DNA of 64,000 bases from NCBI GenBank assembly GCA_018662365.1, contig JABJGH010000031.1:34468-98467 (forward strand). The letters are read 5' to 3'. Source of the DNA: Chloroflexota bacterium. GTDB lineage: Bacteria > Chloroflexota > Anaerolineae > Anaerolineales > UBA11579. Below the pieces are notes generated by a model, which made no database searches, was not told where the DNA came from, and saw only the letters and a program-made list of their open reading frames with translations. The translations under genes and the position numbers were made by a program. Of the stretch, positions 9,273-20,048 are shown in pieces; positions within the stretch are counted from its first letter, which is position 1, and every line of letters begins with the position of its first letter.

Positions 9273-9635
9273 ATGAAGCTGCGGAATATTTTTGTAGTTG
9301 GTGATTCATTATTTGCAGAAACTTTGGTTGAGGTATTAGGCCGAAGTGAGAATGTTACTGTGATCGGGACTGCTCCGACTCCAGAGCTTGCACTTCCTCT
9401 TCTCGAAAGCCATTTTCCAGATGCTGTAATCGTCGCGGTGGCCGATGAAAATGTAAAAGCTACCTTTGCTCCAATTCTTATCGCAAATCCAAATCTTCCA
9501 ATTATTCATACAGATATCAATACAAATCAAGTGCAGGTGATTACTAATCAGTCTATAGATGCGCATATTAATGATCTTTTGGCTGCGATTGCTAGCTTAC
9601 CAGATAGAGAAGCAGGTTCTGGTGATGAGGATTAA
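9273..9635 (+). CDS. Degenerate receiver-like small protein
   Basis: REC-like beta/alpha pattern (IFVVGDS...PDAVIVA...LPII) with Ala at the usual phospho-Asp position. Confidence 0.5.
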   Translation: MKLRNIFVVGDSLFAETLVEVLGRSENVTVIGTAPTPELALPLLESHFPDAVIVAVADENVKATFAPILIANPNLPIIHTDINTNQVQVITNQSIDAHINDLLAAIASLPDREAGSGDED

Positions 9636-9670
9636 AGTGAAACTATTATTCAACCCTGGGAGAAAGTTTT

Positions 9671-10549
9671 ATGGAAGTTAAAAACTTTGACTGGAATTCA
9701 TTAGCGGGAAACTTTATTAAAGTCGTTTTTCTAGCGCTAATCTTATTATTTGCTTACTATACCTTTGGCTCACCGTCTTCTGGCTCTCCGGCTGCAACGG
9801 GTCAGGAAATCTTTGATGCGCAATGCCAATCTTGCCATACCATCGGAGGGGGGAATACAGTCGGTCCAGATCTTCAAGGGGTATTGGTGCGAAGAGATCG
9901 AGATTGGGTTGCACGGTTCATAGCCTCGCCAGATTTTGTAATCGCTGAGGGAGACCCGATAGCGATGGAATTATTAGAAGAATTCAATGGCATTGAAATG
10001 CCTAATCGAGCTTTAACCGATGAAGATGTCGAATTTGTTTTAGTATTCCTTGAAGTGCAGGACAGTCTCACCCAAGCGGCAGAAGATTTACCAACTGGAA
10101 ACGCAGCGGTAGGTGAGAAATTATTTACTGGTGCAAAAATGTTAGAGGGTAGAGGAACTCCCTGCATGGCCTGTCATACTGTGGGCAGTGTGGGTCAATT
10201 CGGTGGGGGAAATTTTGGTCCTGATCTCACACATGTTTATGGACGATATGGGGAAGCGGGATTGACAAGTGCGATGCAGAACATTTCATTCCCCACAATG
10301 AAAAACGTTTATTTAGGGAAAGCACTCACTGCCCAAGAGGCAGCTGATCTGCTTTCCTTTTTCGATGAGGCTGCTATCCTTGACGGTGAAGATCTAGCTG
10401 AATCTAGCACTAACATTTTTTGGGGTGTTGGTTCTGCAGGAGCCTTATTCCTCTTCATCATCATGGCGTTTTATTGGCCACGACAAAGTAAAAATCAGAC
10501 AGAAAGATTAAGAAACAAGGCAGATGCTGATTCAAGGAGAAATTCATGA
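9671..10549 (+). CDS. narC: Membrane-anchored diheme cytochrome c (NarC-like)
   Basis: CQSCH...GPDL and CMACH...GPDL domains, N- and C-terminal TM helices. The stop overlaps the narG start. Confidence 0.8.
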   Translation: MEVKNFDWNSLAGNFIKVVFLALILLFAYYTFGSPSSGSPAATGQEIFDAQCQSCHTIGGGNTVGPDLQGVLVRRDRDWVARFIASPDFVIAEGDPIAMELLEEFNGIEMPNRALTDEDVEFVLVFLEVQDSLTQAAEDLPTGNAAVGEKLFTGAKMLEGRGTPCMACHTVGSVGQFGGGNFGPDLTHVYGRYGEAGLTSAMQNISFPTMKNVYLGKALTAQEAADLLSFFDEAAILDGEDLAESSTNIFWGVGSAGALFLFIIMAFYWPRQSKNQTERLRNKADADSRRNS

Positions 10550-13500
10550 AAAAATGGGCCCTAGAAAAAACATCTTCAACTGAACGCAAGTGGGAGGAGT
10601 TTTACCGAAATCGTCATCAACATGACCGACGCATTCGCACCACTCATGGGGTGAACTGCACCGGTAGTTGTTCTTGGGAAGTGTTTGTAAAAGATGGCAT
10701 TGTTACTTGGGAAATGCAGGCCACCGATTATCCTCAACTAGAAGAAGGATTGCCCCCCTATGAACCCCGCGGATGCCAAAGGGGAATCAGTTATTCCTGG
10801 TATCTCTATAGCCCGATTCGGGTGAAATATCCTTATGCGCGCGGCGCATTGGTTGATCTATATCGTGAAGCTAAAGCAATCTATAATGATCCAGTAGAAG
10901 CATGGAAAGCAATCATGGCTGATCCGGTCGCTCGAAAACGGTACCAAACTGCGCGAGGTAAGGGTGGTTTTCGACGAATTTCTTGGGAAGAATCTCAAGA
11001 GATCATTGCGGCTTCTATGATTTACACCACTAAGAAATATGGACCTGACCGCATCGCGGGTTTCTCACCGATTCCTGCAATGTCACAAATTAGTTATGCA
11101 GCGGGCAGCCGATTTATGAGTCTTATGGGCGGCGTGATCATGAGTTTTTATGATTGGTACTGCGATCTCCCACCTGCCAGTCCAGAAATTTGGGGTGAAC
11201 AAACAGACGTCCATGAATCAGCAGATTGGTTCAACTCACGTTTTATTGCAGTGATGGGTTCAAATCTAAACATGACCCGCACCCCAGACACGCATTTTAT
11301 TTCTGAGGTACGACATGCAGGTGGAAAATTAACTGTCTTTTCTCCTGATTTTTCTCAGGTAGCAAAATTTGCAGATTATTGGATTCCTGTTCATGCCGGG
11401 CAAGACACCGCCTTTTGGATGGCAGTCAATCATGTAATTTTGACTGAATTCTACGTCCAAAAAGAGGTGCCTTATTTTACAGATTATCTAAAAATCTACA
11501 CAGATATGCCATTCTTGGTTGAAATTGAAGGCAATAAACCAGGTAAATATCTCCGAGCAAACGCTGTAGACACCTATAAAGATGTAGAAAATGGGGATTG
11601 GAAATTATTGATCTGGGATGCGCTCAGCAAAAAAGCGAGAATGCCGAAAGGAACATTAGGATTCCGATGGGCGGATAAGGAAACGGGGAAATGGAATCTT
11701 GAACCTAAAGATGGTTTGAATGATGATGAACTAAGCCCTCAGTTGAGTTTTGCAGAGGATTACGAGGACGTCATTGAACTCGAATTTGATGATTTCTCCT
11801 CTGATACAACAAACCTACGGGGTGTTCCCGTTCGTTACATCGAAACACCAGATGGAAGAAAAGCAGTCACCACAGTCTTTGACTTAGTCATGGCCCAGTT
11901 TGGTGTGGACCGCGGATTATCTGGTGCTTACCCTGAAAATTACGAAGATGCAGACGGAGTCTATACGCCTGCTTGGCAAGAAAAATACACCGGCATCCAT
12001 GCCGATACCTGCATTAAATATGCTCGAGAATGGGCAACCAATGGTGAAATGACGAATGGTAAGAATATGGTCATCATTGGTGCCGGAGCGAACCACTGGT
12101 ATCACAATAACTTGCTTTATCGATCGGCAATTGTTGCCCTGATGCTCACTGGAAGTGTGGGTGTGAATGGCGGCGGCCTGGCTCACTATGTCGGTCAAGA
12201 AAAATTGGTTAATGTCGGGTCTTGGGCGCAAATCGCCTTTGGTCTCGATTGGGGAATGGCACCACGCCATCAAAACACCCCTTCATTCCATTATGTGCAT
12301 ACCGATCAGTGGCGTTATGAGCGTGGTTACACCGCATATGATGAATTGCCCAATAAACCGGAAAAAGACCATACTATTGACCATCAAGTTCGTGCGGTTC
12401 GACGTGGATGGCTCCCTTTCTTCCCGCAATTCAAACGTAATTCAATCGAGGTTGCTCAAGATGCAATCGATGGTGGGGCAAAAGATGATGCGGAAATTGT
12501 GGATTATGTGGTTGATCAAATTAAAGAGAACAAGATGCCACTCTCGGTTGAAGACCCTGATGCTGAGGAAAACTGGCCTAGAGTTTGGATGATCTGGCGT
12601 GGCAACGCGATCGGCACTAGTGCGAAAGGACATGAATATTTCCTCAAACATTATTTAGGAACACATAATAATGCAATTGCCGGTGAACAGGCATTGGGTC
12701 ATACCAATGAAGTGGTTTATCACAAGAATGCGCCAGAAGGCAAAATGGACTTGGTGGTCGACCTTAATTTCCGGATGGATACCTCGGCCCTCTACTCAGA
12801 TATCGTCCTGCCGGCAGCAACTTGGTATGAGAAAGATGATCTTAATACGACTGACATGCATACCTTCATTAACCCCATGCAAGCCGCAATTCCCCCTGCA
12901 TGGGAATCGAAATCTGATTGGGATATCTTCAAATCATTAGCTAAAAAAGTGAGTGAAATGTCTGAAACTCATCTCTCAGAACCTATGAAAGATGTGGTGA
13001 TGCTGCCATTGAAACATGATACCCCAGATGAAATGGCTCAGCCCCAAATAGTGGATTGGAATACGGGTGAAGTTGAACCTATTCCAGGGAAAACAATGCC
13101 CCATTTCAAAATTGTGGAACGAGATTATACAAGTATATATGAAAAATTCATCAGTCTCGGAAAGGGCGTTGAAAAGAATGGTATTGCTGCCCATGGTTTG
13201 AGAATTCCTGTGGCAGATGAGTACGATTATCTGAAACGGGTACAGCCTCGTGAGTATGGAAAACATGGTGGAGATGTAGATCAAGAGGGTGATACCTATC
13301 CTTCCCTAGAATTTGGCATACAGGTATGTGACACAATTTTGCGCTTAGATCCTGCTTCTAATGGCGAATTGGCTCATCGAGCCTTCGAAGCTGAAGAGAA
13401 GAAAACAGGACTTTCCCTAACCCATCTTGCGGCGAATAACAGAGATACGCGAATAAGTTTCTCGGATCTGATCAGTCAGCCTCGAAGAGTACTCACAACA

Positions 13501-14172
13501 CCCACTTGGTCAGGGTTAATCAACAAGGGCAGAGCTTATTCACCCTTCACGCTTAATGTAGAAGAAAAGGTGCCTTGGCGGACTTTGACCGGCCGACAAC
13601 ATTTTTATCTCGATCATGAAGGATATCTAGCCTGGGGAGAACATTTGCCAGTCTATAAGCCACGCCCAGATCATACGATGCTAGATGAGACTGAAAACAG
13701 CATGGCTGAAGCTCAGGGCAAGATGATGAATTACATCACCCCGCATGGTAAATGGAGTATCCATTCCACGTACTCAGATAATCATCGCATGATGACATTA
13801 TCTCGAGGAAACTACCCGGTCTGGCTCAATAATAAAGATGCTGACGAGATGGAAATCAAAGACAACGATTGGGTCGAGGTTTATAACGATAACGGTGTAT
13901 TCGTTCAGCGAGCAATCGTATCCGCTCGCATTCCTGCTGGCACAGTTTTTGTGTACCATGCCACGGAACGCACGATCGGGATCCCAAAATCTCCACTCCG
14001 TAAAAATAAGCGAGCGGGCATGAACAATTCATTGACCCGTGCTCGACTAAAACCAGTGTTGATGTCTGGTGGTTATGGCCAATTTACTTATGCCTTCAAC
14101 TACTGGGGACCGACCGGCGTGAATCGTGACACATTTGTCTTTGTGCGAAGAATCGATAAACCTAATTTCTAG
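10546..14172 (+). CDS. narG: Respiratory nitrate reductase alpha subunit (no Tat signal, cytoplasm-facing type)
   Basis: [55 protein letters not shown] motifs; 1208 aa. Confidence 0.97.
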   Translation: MKKWALEKTSSTERKWEEFYRNRHQHDRRIRTTHGVNCTGSCSWEVFVKDGIVTWEMQATDYPQLEEGLPPYEPRGCQRGISYSWYLYSPIRVKYPYARGALVDLYREAKAIYNDPVEAWKAIMADPVARKRYQTARGKGGFRRISWEESQEIIAASMIYTTKKYGPDRIAGFSPIPAMSQISYAAGSRFMSLMGGVIMSFYDWYCDLPPASPEIWGEQTDVHESADWFNSRFIAVMGSNLNMTRTPDTHFISEVRHAGGKLTVFSPDFSQVAKFADYWIPVHAGQDTAFWMAVNHVILTEFYVQKEVPYFTDYLKIYTDMPFLVEIEGNKPGKYLRANAVDTYKDVENGDWKLLIWDALSKKARMPKGTLGFRWADKETGKWNLEPKDGLNDDELSPQLSFAEDYEDVIELEFDDFSSDTTNLRGVPVRYIETPDGRKAVTTVFDLVMAQFGVDRGLSGAYPENYEDADGVYTPAWQEKYTGIHADTCIKYAREWATNGEMTNGKNMVIIGAGANHWYHNNLLYRSAIVALMLTGSVGVNGGGLAHYVGQEKLVNVGSWAQIAFGLDWGMAPRHQNTPSFHYVHTDQWRYERGYTAYDELPNKPEKDHTIDHQVRAVRRGWLPFFPQFKRNSIEVAQDAIDGGAKDDAEIVDYVVDQIKENKMPLSVEDPDAEENWPRVWMIWRGNAIGTSAKGHEYFLKHYLGTHNNAIAGEQALGHTNEVVYHKNAPEGKMDLVVDLNFRMDTSALYSDIVLPAATWYEKDDLNTTDMHTFINPMQAAIPPAWESKSDWDIFKSLAKKVSEMSETHLSEPMKDVVMLPLKHDTPDEMAQPQIVDWNTGEVEPIPGKTMPHFKIVERDYTSIYEKFISLGKGVEKNGIAAHGLRIPVADEYDYLKRVQPREYGKHGGDVDQEGDTYPSLEFGIQVCDTILRLDPASNGELAHRAFEAEEKKTGLSLTHLAANNRDTRISFSDLISQPRRVLTTPTWSGLINKGRAYSPFTLNVEEKVPWRTLTGRQHFYLDHEGYLAWGEHLPVYKPRPDHTMLDETENSMAEAQGKMMNYITPHGKWSIHSTYSDNHRMMTLSRGNYPVWLNNKDADEMEIKDNDWVEVYNDNGVFVQRAIVSARIPAGTVFVYHATERTIGIPKSPLRKNKRAGMNNSLTRARLKPVLMSGGYGQFTYAFNYWGPTGVNRDTFVFVRRIDKPNF

Positions 14173-14226
14173 ACCTCACCTTCATTTCACCAAGATTGAG
14201 GGTGAACGAGGGTCAAGGAGTAATTT

Positions 14227-15735
14227 ATGAACGTAAGAGCACATATGAGTATGATCTTCCATCTCGATAAATGTATTGGTTGTCATACTTGCTCGGTTGC
14301 ATGTAAAAATTTATGGACAGACCGGAAGGGTGCAGAGTACATGTGGTGGAATAATGTCGAAACCCGCCCGGGTACTGGATATCCCACCCAATGGGAGGAT
14401 CAGGAATATTTCAAGGGGGGATGGGAGAAAAAAGGAAAAGGTCTCAAGCTGAAGTTACATTCCAGGCTTCAAGGACTAGCCAATTTATTTTTCAACCATA
14501 AATTACCTGATCTAAAAGATTATTATGAACCCTTTACTTTTCGCTATCAAGATCTTTTTAATTCCCCTGAAGGAAAGGACCAGCCTACGGCCATTCCGAT
14601 CTCCATGATCAATGGAAAGCCGATAGATATTGATGGGGGTCCGAATTGGGACGATGACCTGGGTGGTTCTGGCATCTATGCAAATAACGATTTGAATATG
14701 GCAGATGTTCCAGAAGAAACTCGTCAACAGATGCAGGAACTTGAAAGACTGGTGTTCAATTATTTACCCAGAATATGTAATCACTGCCTAAATCCATCCT
14801 GCGTTGCGGCTTGCCCATCGGGTGCGATCTATAAACGGGCGGAGGATGGGGTCGTACTCGTCAATGAAAATGAATGCAAGGCATGGCGCATGTGTGTGGC
14901 TGCCTGTCCTTATAAGAAGGTTTATTACAACTGGAACACAGGGAAATCAGAAAAATGCATTTTATGTTTCCCGAGAATGGAAACAGGTCAGGCTCCAGCA
15001 TGCGCACATTCTTGTGTGGGACGCATCCGATATATGGGCGTGCTTCTTTATGACGCTGACCAGATACCAGACGCAGCCAATGTAGCTGATGAGGATTTGG
15101 TCGAAGCGCATAGAGCAATAATTCTAGACCCCTTTGACCCAGAAGTTATCGCTGGCGCAAAAGCGAATGGCATCGACGATGGGTGGATCACATCTGCCCA
15201 GCAATCTCCTGCATATAAATTCGTCAAGGAATGGAAATTGGCCTTACCGTTACACCCCGAATTCCGAACTATGGTAATGATGTATTATATTCCGCCATTA
15301 TCCCCGGTGGTAAGCGTGACAGAAAATGGCTTATACCAATTAGATATTGAAGAAAATAATCATGATTTCGAGATATTTAAAAGATTGGATGCCGCTCGGT
15401 TGCCGGTTAAATATTTAGCAAACCTTTTCTCTGCTGGAAATGAAACAGTAATGCGGGAAATCTTGAAGAAACTTCTTGCCGTTCGGGTGTATATGCGCCG
15501 AAAAACAGTAGTAGGAAAGGTAGATGAAGTTGCATTAAATGCACTCGATGAAGCAGGATTAAGTGAACATCAGGCTATTGCTATCTATAAACTGACTACT
15601 TTACCCACGATCGAAGAACGATTTGTCTTTCCTCCGTATCACAGAGAGATGGACATTGAAGCCAGTATGGACCCATTGGCCCATAAAGGCGAAGTGGGTT
15701 TGGGATTCATTCAACCCCCTAAGAGGAGTTCCTAG
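14227..15735 (+). CDS. narH: Nitrate reductase beta subunit
   Basis: DKCIGCHTCSVACK, RICNHCLNPSCVAACP, CVAACPYKK, EKCILCFPR, LPLHPEFRT. Confidence 0.97.
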   Translation: MNVRAHMSMIFHLDKCIGCHTCSVACKNLWTDRKGAEYMWWNNVETRPGTGYPTQWEDQEYFKGGWEKKGKGLKLKLHSRLQGLANLFFNHKLPDLKDYYEPFTFRYQDLFNSPEGKDQPTAIPISMINGKPIDIDGGPNWDDDLGGSGIYANNDLNMADVPEETRQQMQELERLVFNYLPRICNHCLNPSCVAACPSGAIYKRAEDGVVLVNENECKAWRMCVAACPYKKVYYNWNTGKSEKCILCFPRMETGQAPACAHSCVGRIRYMGVLLYDADQIPDAANVADEDLVEAHRAIILDPFDPEVIAGAKANGIDDGWITSAQQSPAYKFVKEWKLALPLHPEFRTMVMMYYIPPLSPVVSVTENGLYQLDIEENNHDFEIFKRLDAARLPVKYLANLFSAGNETVMREILKKLLAVRVYMRRKTVVGKVDEVALNALDEAGLSEHQAIAIYKLTTLPTIEERFVFPPYHREMDIEASMDPLAHKGEVGLGFIQPPKRSS

Positions 15736-16238
15736 TGGATACGCTATCGATGTTTGCTGAAGCTTTTCAATATCCGTACCCCGGTCAAATAGATGCTCTA
15801 CATGCGCAAACAAAAGAATTGAAAGATACACCTGCTGAGAGAGAATTATCAAAATTTGTTGAAAAAATCGTCCCTCTTTCGCTTTCGGAGCAGGAAGAAC
15901 TATTTACCCGTACTCTAGATTTAAGTCCTTTATCTGCCCCCTATGTGGGTTACCACGTTTGGGGGGAGAGTTACAAAAGAGGCGAGTTTATGGCTGCACT
16001 AAATAAGGAAATGAAAGAATTAAATGTAGACCTTGATGGCGAGCTACCGGATCATTTGCTCCCCATCTTGCGTTATCTTCATGCCACCGCTACACCCATG
16101 CCAGAATTGATGAGCGTATTGGATCAATCACTAAACTCGATGATCAAATCATTGAAAAAGGGTGAAGAGCATAACCCTTATGTTCATCTATTTGAAGCTC
16201 TTGCGTTTTCATTTGGTGCTGTGAAAATAGAAGCATAA
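15735..16238 (+). CDS. narJ: Nitrate reductase molybdenum cofactor chaperone
   Basis: EELFTRTLDL, PYVGYHVWGESYKRG, ELPDHLLPIL, NPY; lies between narH and narI. Confidence 0.9.
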   Translation: MDTLSMFAEAFQYPYPGQIDALHAQTKELKDTPAERELSKFVEKIVPLSLSEQEELFTRTLDLSPLSAPYVGYHVWGESYKRGEFMAALNKEMKELNVDLDGELPDHLLPILRYLHATATPMPELMSVLDQSLNSMIKSLKKGEEHNPYVHLFEALAFSFGAVKIEA

Positions 16239-16271
16239 AAAAATAGGAATCAAAGTTTTTGGAGTAAACCT

Positions 16272-16967
16272 ATGGACTGGAACCAATTTTTATTTGTGAT
16301 TTTCCCATATATGGCCCTGACCTTATTTGTTGTGGTCACAGTTTACCGAGCGATTTTTCGGCCCTTTACCATTTCGAGTTTGTCCTCGCAATTACTGGAA
16401 CGGAAGCAGCTCTTTTGGGGATCAATCTCCTTTCATAATGGAATATTGATCATTTTACTCGGCCACCTTTTGGCATTGCTTTTTCCTCAAAGTCTAGTGC
16501 TTTGGAATTCGGTACCTTTCAGGCTTTATTTACTTGAAGTAACCGGATTGGTTTTAGCACTTTGGAGTTTTGTGGGTGTCTTGATCCTGATCGTGAGGCG
16601 CATTTCCGTGTCAAATATTCGGGCAGTGACCCAGCCTACAGATATGGGCGTTTTATTACTTTTGATGTTATCCGTCCTATCCGGAATCATCACCGCCACT
16701 GGATACCGGTTTGGATCCACTTGGTTTACGGGAGTATTTTCCCCTTATCTATGGTCGATCTTAACCTTCGCCCCTAGACCTGAATTGGTTGCGCCATTAC
16801 CCTGGACGATCCAATTTCATGCGTTCAACTTTTTTATCTTATTAGCTATTTTTCCTTTCACAAGGTTGATCCATATTATTACCTATCCGCTGAGCTACCT
16901 CTTCCGCCCCTGGCAGATCGTGATTTGGGTGAGGGAACAGAGAAAGCAGAACGAAGGCCGGTCCTAA
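16272..16967 (+). CDS. narI: Nitrate reductase gamma subunit (cytochrome b)
   Basis: FPY, SSQLLE, FHNGIL...GH, FHAFN, FPFTRLIH motifs. Confidence 0.95.
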   Translation: MDWNQFLFVIFPYMALTLFVVVTVYRAIFRPFTISSLSSQLLERKQLFWGSISFHNGILIILLGHLLALLFPQSLVLWNSVPFRLYLLEVTGLVLALWSFVGVLILIVRRISVSNIRAVTQPTDMGVLLLLMLSVLSGIITATGYRFGSTWFTGVFSPYLWSILTFAPRPELVAPLPWTIQFHAFNFFILLAIFPFTRLIHIITYPLSYLFRPWQIVIWVREQRKQNEGRS

Positions 16968-16993
16968 AAAATACATTCTGAGGAAAAGAAATT

Positions 16994-18466
16994 ATGAAAG
17001 AGCAAAAAACAGCCTATACCGTATTAGCCCTAAACACCCTTGCTTTCACAGTATGTTTTGCAGCATGGATGTTAAATGGTGTTTTGGTCACATTTTTGGT
17101 AGACAATGGGGTGTTCAATTGGGATGCTGCCCAAATGGGTGTGTTGATTGGTATTCCCGTTCTGACCGGTTCGATCATGCGCCTTCCATTAGGCGTATTA
17201 ACCGATAAATATGGTGGGCGGCCAGTCTATGCAATTCTGATGCTACTTAGTGCAATTCCAATGTATTTGCTAGGACAGGCAAATTCTTATAATGAATTCT
17301 TAATCTACAGCTTGGGATTCGGTATGACCGGTGCTTCTTTTGCCGTGGGTATCGCTTTTAGTTCGGTGTGGTTTTCCAAGGAAAAACAAGGTACGGCTCT
17401 TGGAATTTTCGGTGCGGGGAATGCTGGTGCAGCCTTAACTACGATGGGTGCTCCCAGTATATTACGCAACCTAACCGATGGCGGTGCCAATATTGAAGGC
17501 TGGCGTCAATTGCCCCAAATCTATGCAATAGCTTTGGCAGTTATGGCGGTAATATTTTATATCTTTAGTACCAACAAAAAACCCGCCAGCGGGCAGCGAA
17601 AATTGATTGAGATGTTAGCCCCCTTAAAGAATGTTCGAGTCTGGCGATTTGGCCTCTATTATTTCTTAGTATTTGGTGGATTCGTGGCACTCGCACAGTG
17701 GCTAGTGCCCTATTATGTAAATGTTTATGCGATGTCGATTGTTACCGCAGGCCTGTTGACATCGATTTTCTCTCTGCCATCAGGCCTAATTCGGGCAGTG
17801 GGAGGGGTGCTGTCAGATCGAGTGGGGGCTAGGGTGGTGATGTATTGGGTGTTGGGTTCAATCGCAGTCTGCACTTTTCTTTTATTCTTCCCCAAAATGG
17901 AAATCGAATCCCCAGGTAGTGGCATTATGGCTCGGCGGGGAGGAACTGTCACCGCTGTCTCAGAGACTGAAATTCATGTTGGAAATGATGTGTATACCCT
18001 TGATCCAGTCCTAGTAAGAGATGTGGATGATACGGAATTGATCTTATTGCCAAAGGTAAATTCATGGCACGAAGCCAAAGTAAGTGTGGGCGATCAGGTT
18101 CTGAAGAAAGAACTTTTGGCGCAAGGCATCACGCATATTTATTTCCAGGCCAATGTCTGGGTCTTTACAGTGATGGTGTTTGTGATTGGTATTGCGATGG
18201 GGATTGGAAAGGCGGCAGTCTACAAATATATCCCAGAGTATTTCCCCGATGAGGTGGGCGTTGTGGGTGGGATTGTGGGTGTGGTCGGTGGTCTTGGTGG
18301 ATTTGTAAGCCCAATCATTTTTGGTAGATTGCTTAAATCTATCGGTCTGTGGACAACAACTTGGATGTTCTTTTTCCTCATCACTCTGACTTGTTTGATC
18401 TGGTTGAGTATCGTTGTTCGCAAAATTACTAAGAAAGATACGAGAATTGAAGCTTCAGCATCTTAG
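16994..18466 (+). CDS. narK: NarK1-type nitrate transporter with a soluble insertion
   Basis: MFS NNP family: TGSIMRLPLG, DKYGGR, GIFGAGNAG, FGLYYFLVFGGF, GIGKAAVYK, GGLGGF. Confidence 0.9.
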   Translation: MKEQKTAYTVLALNTLAFTVCFAAWMLNGVLVTFLVDNGVFNWDAAQMGVLIGIPVLTGSIMRLPLGVLTDKYGGRPVYAILMLLSAIPMYLLGQANSYNEFLIYSLGFGMTGASFAVGIAFSSVWFSKEKQGTALGIFGAGNAGAALTTMGAPSILRNLTDGGANIEGWRQLPQIYAIALAVMAVIFYIFSTNKKPASGQRKLIEMLAPLKNVRVWRFGLYYFLVFGGFVALAQWLVPYYVNVYAMSIVTAGLLTSIFSLPSGLIRAVGGVLSDRVGARVVMYWVLGSIAVCTFLLFFPKMEIESPGSGIMARRGGTVTAVSETEIHVGNDVYTLDPVLVRDVDDTELILLPKVNSWHEAKVSVGDQVLKKELLAQGITHIYFQANVWVFTVMVFVIGIAMGIGKAAVYKYIPEYFPDEVGVVGGIVGVVGGLGGFVSPIIFGRLLKSIGLWTTTWMFFFLITLTCLIWLSIVVRKITKKDTRIEASAS

Positions 18467-18480
18467 TACCTAAGGAGTCA

Positions 18481-20034
18481 TTGATGGATCGTACAATTGA
18501 AAAATGGGAAGTAGAAGATCAAGATTTTTGGAGTTCGACAGGGTCTAAGATCGCTTCACGGAACTTATGGATATCCATTCCAAGTTTATTGCTTGCTTTT
18601 GCAATATGGATGGCATGGAGTGTGATCACGGTCCAAATGAAAAACCTTGGTTTTCCCTTTGATACCGTCCAACTCTTTACATTATCAGCAATTGCAGGGT
18701 TATCCGGTGCGACCCTTCGCATTCCGAATTCTTTCTTAATTGCAATTGCGGGTGGAAGAAATGTGATCGCATTTACAACGGCCTTATTGCTTCTCCCTGC
18801 GATTGGTTTAGGGATCGCCTTACAGAATATTGAAACGCCCTTTGCCACATTTACCATTTTAGCGGCTCTTTCTGGCTTGGGTGGTGGAAATTTTTCCTCG
18901 TCTATGTCGAATATCAGTTTCTTTTTCCCCAAAAAGATGCAAGGCCTATCCTTAGGATTGAACGCCGGATTAGGCAATATTGGGGTCAGCGTGATGCAAT
19001 TATTGATCCCCTTTGTGGTTACCTTTGGCTTGTTCGGTGCGCTGGGTGGCGGAGGTTTGCCGCTGGTAGTGGATGCTGGAGGAAATCCGGCAGGAACAAT
19101 TGCTTTTATTCAAAATGCAGGATTGGTTTGGGTGCCTTTATTACTTCTGCTTGCAATCGCAGCATGGTTCGGCATGAACAATTTATCGAAAGCTACGCCT
19201 AAACTTGGATCCACGATGACCGCATTGGCCAAGATTTTTGGATTACTGATGATCGGAGGGGTAGGTGCTGCCGTTGGGTTATATCTTTTATTGAGTCTCG
19301 AATTAAATATGTGGTTGGTTCTGCCAATCACTATAGTATTGACAGTGCTAATGTTAAAGGCTATTCCGGGTGAGATAAAGGAAAATCTCAATACTCAATT
19401 TGTAATTTTTAAGAATAAACATAATTGGATCATGACCTATTTATATACGATGACCTTTGGGTCATTTATTGGTTATTCTGCAGCTTTTCCACTGCTTATC
19501 CGAGTGGTCTTTGGGGAACTTCCCGACGGAAGCATCAACCCCAATGCCCCTAACCCTTTTGCGTATGCCTGGTTAGGACCATTAGTAGGCTCCATTGCTC
19601 GACCCATTGGGGGATGGATCTCAGATAAATGGGGGGGCGCAAAGGTGACCCAATGGGACACAGTGGTGATGATCGCATCTGCATTGGGCGTTGCTTATTA
19701 TGTGAAAGAAGCCAGTAATTCTCCCACCCCAGAAGCATACTTTATGCCATTTCTGATTCTTTTCTTAATTCTTTTTATTACTACTGGAATTGGAAACGGT
19801 TCCACATTTCGGATGGTGCCAATCATCTTTAAGCCCTCTGAGGCTGGACCAGTATTAGGTTGGACCGCTGCAGTAGCAGCTTACGGTGCATTTATTATTC
19901 CAAGAATATTTGGTCAACAGGTAAATGCAGGCACACCAGAATTTGCCCTTTATGGTTTTGCTTTTTATTATCTGACCTGTTTGGTATTGAATTGGTATTA
20001 CTACGCAAGAAAAAATGCTGAGATCGTTTGCTAG
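18481..20034 (+). CDS. narK: NarK2-type nitrate/nitrite antiporter
   Basis: WEVEDQDFW, RNLWISIP, GGGNFSSSMSNISFFFPK, GLNAGLGN, YTMTFGSFIG, GIGNGSTFRM. Confidence 0.92.
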   Translation: MMDRTIEKWEVEDQDFWSSTGSKIASRNLWISIPSLLLAFAIWMAWSVITVQMKNLGFPFDTVQLFTLSAIAGLSGATLRIPNSFLIAIAGGRNVIAFTTALLLLPAIGLGIALQNIETPFATFTILAALSGLGGGNFSSSMSNISFFFPKKMQGLSLGLNAGLGNIGVSVMQLLIPFVVTFGLFGALGGGGLPLVVDAGGNPAGTIAFIQNAGLVWVPLLLLLAIAAWFGMNNLSKATPKLGSTMTALAKIFGLLMIGGVGAAVGLYLLLSLELNMWLVLPITIVLTVLMLKAIPGEIKENLNTQFVIFKNKHNWIMTYLYTMTFGSFIGYSAAFPLLIRVVFGELPDGSINPNAPNPFAYAWLGPLVGSIARPIGGWISDKWGGAKVTQWDTVVMIASALGVAYYVKEASNSPTPEAYFMPFLILFLILFITTGIGNGSTFRMVPIIFKPSEAGPVLGWTAAVAAYGAFIIPRIFGQQVNAGTPEFALYGFAFYYLTCLVLNWYYYARKNAEIVC

Positions 20035-20048
20035 AAAAGGATATATGT

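Noticed and set aside
10546-14172. Recoding (selenocysteine/pyrrolysine) in NarG or other redox enzymes
   Set aside because: All these ORFs are full length with no in-frame TGA or TAG at catalytic positions.
14173-14226. Stem-loop between narG and narH as a regulatory RNA
   Set aside because: Imperfect short stem without a T tract; at most an mRNA stability element, with no supporting evidence.
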